Positions 60,582-64,000 of a DNA stretch of 64,000 bases are shown piece after piece; positions within the stretch are counted from its first letter, which is position 1, and every line of letters begins with the position of its first letter. A program made the position numbers and the translations under genes. The notes beneath the pieces were generated by a model that was not told the DNA's origin, did no database searches, and worked only from the letters and a program-made list of their open reading frames with translations. The stretch covers positions 9,542 to 73,541 of the forward strand of contig SFVC01000012.1 of the NCBI GenBank assembly GCA_004560375.1. The letters are read 5' to 3'. This DNA is from a bacterium. Its GTDB lineage: Bacteria > Bacillota > Clostridia > Oscillospirales > Oscillospiraceae.

Positions 60582-61391
60582 TTATGAGGGTTGTTGAACT
60601 ATAAAACCGTCCAATATTTGGATCAGGGCGGTGTGGGCCTCCTCCATGCTGTTGTCAGACATACACTTTACAGCGGTAGGGATGCCGTTCAGGGAAACAA
60701 CGCCGAGGCTGTAGAAGGAGTCGGATGAACCCGCCCTTGGGGTATAGGCCTCCATAATCTGGGCCGTCAAGCCATTGGAGGTGGTATAGACGTCTTGGCT
60801 TACTTCGGCGTTCTCCGGGAATTTGAGGCCAAAAAGGGTGTCGTCCAACTCCGGCCACAGATCGGTCATGCGGTCGGTATAGAGGTAGCTGTCCAAAATA
60901 ATATTGACATCGCCGAGTTCAAAAAGGCCGTAGGTCGTGACATGGGAGAGGTCGGGGCAGATATACATAAAAAACTTGCCGACTTTCCCATCCCGCTTGT
61001 CGTAAAAAAGGTCGGCGGGGGCGTTGTCCAGCACCGGATTGTCCATCAGGTTGACGCCGACAAAATCTTCCGCCTCCTGCCAGGAGTTGAACACCTCGAG
61101 GTGGTACGGCTTGATCTCCAAGGCTTTGATCTTGTCGGAGAGGCTGTCATACGGGATATAGGCGACGCCTCCCCGCACAGAAGTGAACCCATTGTCCTCG
61201 TCCACAAAGCGCACACCGAACTGGTTGACGGCGGCGGCGGTGCCGATGAGGGCCAGGCACAGGCAGGCGGCGATGAGCCCCGCGCGGGCCAGCTTGGGCA
61301 GGCGGCACTTGGCGGGCGCGTCAAAATCGGCCTCCTCGATGAGGTCGGGGGGCAGATCGGTCATGAGGTTCAATACGTCCTCTTTTTTCAC
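60582..61391 (-). CDS. Probable membrane anti-sigma factor
   Basis: GTG start overlapping the ECF sigma stop; DLPPDLIEEA, one TM segment (AACLCLAL), extracellular domain. Confidence 0.7.
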   Translation of the reverse strand: MKKEDVLNLMTDLPPDLIEEADFDAPAKCRLPKLARAGLIAACLCLALIGTAAAVNQFGVRFVDEDNGFTSVRGGVAYIPYDSLSDKIKALEIKPYHLEVFNSWQEAEDFVGVNLMDNPVLDNAPADLFYDKRDGKVGKFFMYICPDLSHVTTYGLFELGDVNIILDSYLYTDRMTDLWPELDDTLFGLKFPENAEVSQDVYTTSNGLTAQIMEAYTPRAGSSDSFYSLGVVSLNGIPTAVKCMSDNSMEEAHTALIQILDGFIVQQPS

Positions 61392-61936
61392 AGAAAACCC
61401 TCCTTTTGCAGTTGTGCGCGCAGCCTGTTCCGGGTGCGGAACAGGACGCTTTTGGTTTTGCTCACGCTCCAGCCCAGGCGGCGGGCGGCGTCCTCCACCC
61501 GGTCGCCGTACCAGTAGCGGCGCAGGAAGGCGGCGCGGATCTCCTTTGGCTGGGCACGGAGGAAACGGGCGACGGCGTCCAGCAGGGCGCGGCGGGCGGC
61601 CTCCTCCTCCGGGCCGTCCCCCGGGGGCAGGCAGGAGACCAGCTCCAGGGCCGCCTCGTCCACCGTGGGCGGGCGGCGGCTGTTCTCCCGGCCCAGGGCC
61701 AGGGCCCGGTGGCGGACGATGGCCGCCAGCCAGCCCTTGAAATGCTCCGGCTGGGCGGGCGGGATGGCCCGCCACACCGCCAGAAAGCTGTCGTTGAGGC
61801 ACTCGTCCACGTCCCGGGGGTCGGACAGGAGGCGGGACGCCACGGCGCGGCAGTAGGGGCCGTATTGGGAGTTTAGGGCGGGGATCGCGTCCTCCGAGCG
61901 GGCGGAGAACAGGGCAATGAGCTCAGGATCCGTCAT
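61388..61936 (-). CDS. ECF RNA polymerase sigma factor
   Basis: DVDECLNDSFLAVW, FLRRYWYG, KTKSVLFRTRNRLR. Confidence 0.88.
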   Translation of the reverse strand: MTDPELIALFSARSEDAIPALNSQYGPYCRAVASRLLSDPRDVDECLNDSFLAVWRAIPPAQPEHFKGWLAAIVRHRALALGRENSRRPPTVDEAALELVSCLPPGDGPEEEAARRALLDAVARFLRAQPKEIRAAFLRRYWYGDRVEDAARRLGWSVSKTKSVLFRTRNRLRAQLQKEGFL

Positions 61937-62164
61937 GGCGTCACTTCCTTTCCGGGGCGGGAACCGGTTCCTGTCTCTATAGAGTGCCATTTGGGGCGGT
62001 TGGTTGCAGGTGTTCGTAAAAAAATTTCCCGCCGGGGCTCTGACTGATTATACCGCACAAGGACTGCGGGGGAAAGCTCCCCGCGGGACAGCCCGCCGCC
62101 TGAGGGGCGGGCGGTTCCAAAACCGCCGCAAGGGCGGGGGCCTGTTTTCGTGCAAAATCCCAGC

Positions 62165-62193
62165 TTGCAACTTCCACCGGCTTCTGGTATGAT
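62165..62193 (+). promoter_or_regulatory. SigA promoter of the permease leader
   Basis: TTGCAA-17-TATGAT with a TG extension. Confidence 0.7.
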
Positions 62194-62220
62194 AGGTCGA
62201 ACGCAAAGGAGGGGAACGAG

Positions 62221-62289
62221 ATGCGCCAGCTTACGCCGCTGTTTTTCAAAGCGCCCGGCCGGGGGTGTGCTGTTCCCTTTTCCCCGTGA
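62221..62289 (+). CDS. Candidate 22-aa leader peptide (MRQLTPLFFKAPGRGCAVPFSP)
   Basis: AGGAGG SD at 62207-62212; stop codon 2 nt before a terminator hairpin. Confidence 0.55.
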   Translation: MRQLTPLFFKAPGRGCAVPFSP

Positions 62290-62291
62290 TG

Positions 62292-62329
62292 GAGACAATC
62301 GCCGTTTTCGGTGGTTGTCTCTTTTTTTT
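62292..62329 (+). terminator. Attenuator-type intrinsic terminator in the permease 5' leader
   Basis: gagacaatcgccg-tttt-cggtggttgtctc followed by 8 T. Confidence 0.85.
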
Positions 62330-62372
62330 GCGCGGAGCTGTAGCATCATAGTTGAAAGGGAGAGAGTAGAGT

Positions 62373-63767
62373 ATGACAAATCAGGAACCCGTCCGCGACG
62401 CCCGCACCCTGGGCGTGCCCAAAATGCTGCTTTTGGGCCTTCAGCATATGTTCGCCATGTTCGGGGCCACCGTGCTGGTGCCCATTCTGGTGAACAACTA
62501 CGGCCTGCCCCTGTCCATCCAGACCACCCTGTTCTTCGCCGGCATCGGCACCCTGTTCTTCCACGTGTGCACCCGGCTGAAGGTGCCCGCCTTTCTGGGC
62601 TCCTCCTTCGCCTTCCTGGGGGGCTTTGAGGCGGTGTCCAAGCTGGACTCCGGCAAGTACGCCGCCATGGAGGCGTCGGAAAAGCTGCAATACGCCTGCG
62701 GCGGCATCGTGGTGGCCGGCCTGCTGTATGTCATCCTGGCGGGCGTCATCAAGCTGGTGGGTGTGAAGAAGGTCATGCGCTTCCTGCCCCCGGTGGTGAC
62801 CGGGCCCATCATCATCCTGATTGGGTTGAACCTGGCCCCCTCCGCCGTCAACAACGCCAAGACCTGCTGGTGGCTGGCCCTGGTGGCCATGGCCATCATC
62901 ATCGTGGCCAACATCTGGGGCAAGGGCATGATTAAAATCATCCCCATCCTGCTGGGCGTGGTGGGCTCCTACGTCATCGCCGTCGTCGCCAACGCCATGG
63001 GAGCCCAGGCCTGGGACTTCAGCGGCGCAGAGCCCGTCAAGGTCGCCCTGATGAACTTCACCAGCGTGGCCCAGTCCAGCCCCATCGGGCTCCAGCCCTT
63101 CTTCACCGACTTCGGCGGCTCCATCGCCAAGTTTGACCTGACCTCCATCCTGGTGATGGCCCCCATCGCCATTGCCGCCATGATGGAGCACATCGGCGAT
63201 ATGTCCGCCATCTCCGCCACCGTGGGCGAGGACTTCCTCTCCGACCCCGGCCTGCACCGCACCCTCATCGGCGACGGCATCGCCACCTCTCTGTCCGCCC
63301 TGTTCGGCGGCCCCGCCAACACCACCTACGGCGAGAACACCGGCGTGCTGGTGCTGTCCAAGGTGTACGACCCCAAGGTCATCCGGCTGGCGGCTATCTA
63401 CGCCCTGGTGCTGTCCTTCAGCCCCATGTTCGCAGCGGTGGTGAACTCCATGCCGGCGGCCATTGTGGGCGGCGTGTCCTTCATCCTGTACGGTATGATC
63501 TCCGCCATCGGCGTGCGAAACGTGGTGGAGAACCGGGTGGACTTCACCAACTCCCGGAACCTCATCATTGCCGCCGTCATCCTGGTATGCGGCCTGGGCT
63601 TCTCCGGCGGGCTCACCTTTGAGGTGGGCGGCGCATCCATCACCCTGACGGCCCTGGCCATCGCCGCCCTGGCGGGCATCATCCTCAACGCCATCCTGCC
63701 CGGCAAGGACTACGAGTTCGGCTCCGACGTCACCGACGGGCGGTCGGCGGACTTTGGGCGGTATTGA
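62373..63767 (+). CDS. Uracil/xanthine permease (NCS2, UraA/PyrP-like)
   Basis: LQHMFAMFGAT, LGSSFAF, EHIGD, PANTTYGENTGV, SRNLII. Confidence 0.92.
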   Translation: MTNQEPVRDARTLGVPKMLLLGLQHMFAMFGATVLVPILVNNYGLPLSIQTTLFFAGIGTLFFHVCTRLKVPAFLGSSFAFLGGFEAVSKLDSGKYAAMEASEKLQYACGGIVVAGLLYVILAGVIKLVGVKKVMRFLPPVVTGPIIILIGLNLAPSAVNNAKTCWWLALVAMAIIIVANIWGKGMIKIIPILLGVVGSYVIAVVANAMGAQAWDFSGAEPVKVALMNFTSVAQSSPIGLQPFFTDFGGSIAKFDLTSILVMAPIAIAAMMEHIGDMSAISATVGEDFLSDPGLHRTLIGDGIATSLSALFGGPANTTYGENTGVLVLSKVYDPKVIRLAAIYALVLSFSPMFAAVVNSMPAAIVGGVSFILYGMISAIGVRNVVENRVDFTNSRNLIIAAVILVCGLGFSGGLTFEVGGASITLTALAIAALAGIILNAILPGKDYEFGSDVTDGRSADFGRY

Positions 63768-63826
63768 GTTCGGTAGATAGCATTGCGGGAAAGGCCCCCC
63801 TGCCAATGGCAGGGGGGCCTCAGTTT

Positions 63827-64000
63827 TTACTTTAGCAGGCTGGCTGTTGCCATCGTATTGGAAACAGTCATCATGGTATAAAGCATAGAAATAGCAAAAG
63901 AGCCGACATAGATTTTACCTGTTTCCTTGAAAAACCGCTGTGTCACAATTGTACCCACAGGGATCAGAACCAGCAATGGGAACAGATTAACAATTCGCAT
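63827..64000 (-). CDS. C-terminal end of a membrane protein (partial), AT-rich
   Basis: Open frame ...FPLLVLIPVGTIVTQRFFKETGKIYVGSFAISMLYTMMTVSNT...LLK-stop, converging on the hairpin at 63792-63820. Confidence 0.55.
   Translation of the reverse strand: MRIVNLFPLLVLIPVGTIVTQRFFKETGKIYVGSFAISMLYTMMTVSNTMATASLLK

Overview
GC-rich chromosomal segment of a spore-forming Clostridia member, probably Oscillospiraceae-like (inferred from gene content: spoIIAA-AB-sigF, murT-gatD, an SLH protein, glnS, a CIRCE site). Most of it is housekeeping DNA: a PrsA-like foldase, a ParB-family protein, thiolase plus acetoacetate-type CoA transferase, a P-type ATPase behind a yybP-ykoY riboswitch, aroK, a DEAD-box helicase, mnmG, htpG, murA, rlmH, mbl, a split type IIA topoisomerase pair, glnS, the spoIIA operon, an ECF sigma/anti-sigma pair and a uracil permease. 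The main finding is a compact, apparently intact ~13 kb virion-morphogenesis operon (30436-43475) directly downstream of rlmH. It encodes terminases, capsid, portal, protease, head-tail joining proteins, a contractile sheath and tube, a frameshifting tail chaperone and a PBSX-like baseplate. It has no integrase, repressor, replication, lysis or tail-fibre gene and no visible att repeats, its head genes are rearranged, and its tape-measure slot holds only a 205-aa ORF. This fits a domesticated gene-transfer-agent-like or PBSX-like particle. It is followed by a promoter- and terminator-bounded ~300-nt structured RNA candidate. Other notable items are a family of ~300-bp structured inverted repeats that encloses an XRE regulator and a small gene, a REP doublet fixed in frame inside the helicase, a dispersed hairpin-CGTGACAA motif, a leader-peptide attenuator before the uracil permease, and a 53-nt poly-C tract splitting a surface protein. 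All protein family calls come from motif recognition by eye; no database searches were run.
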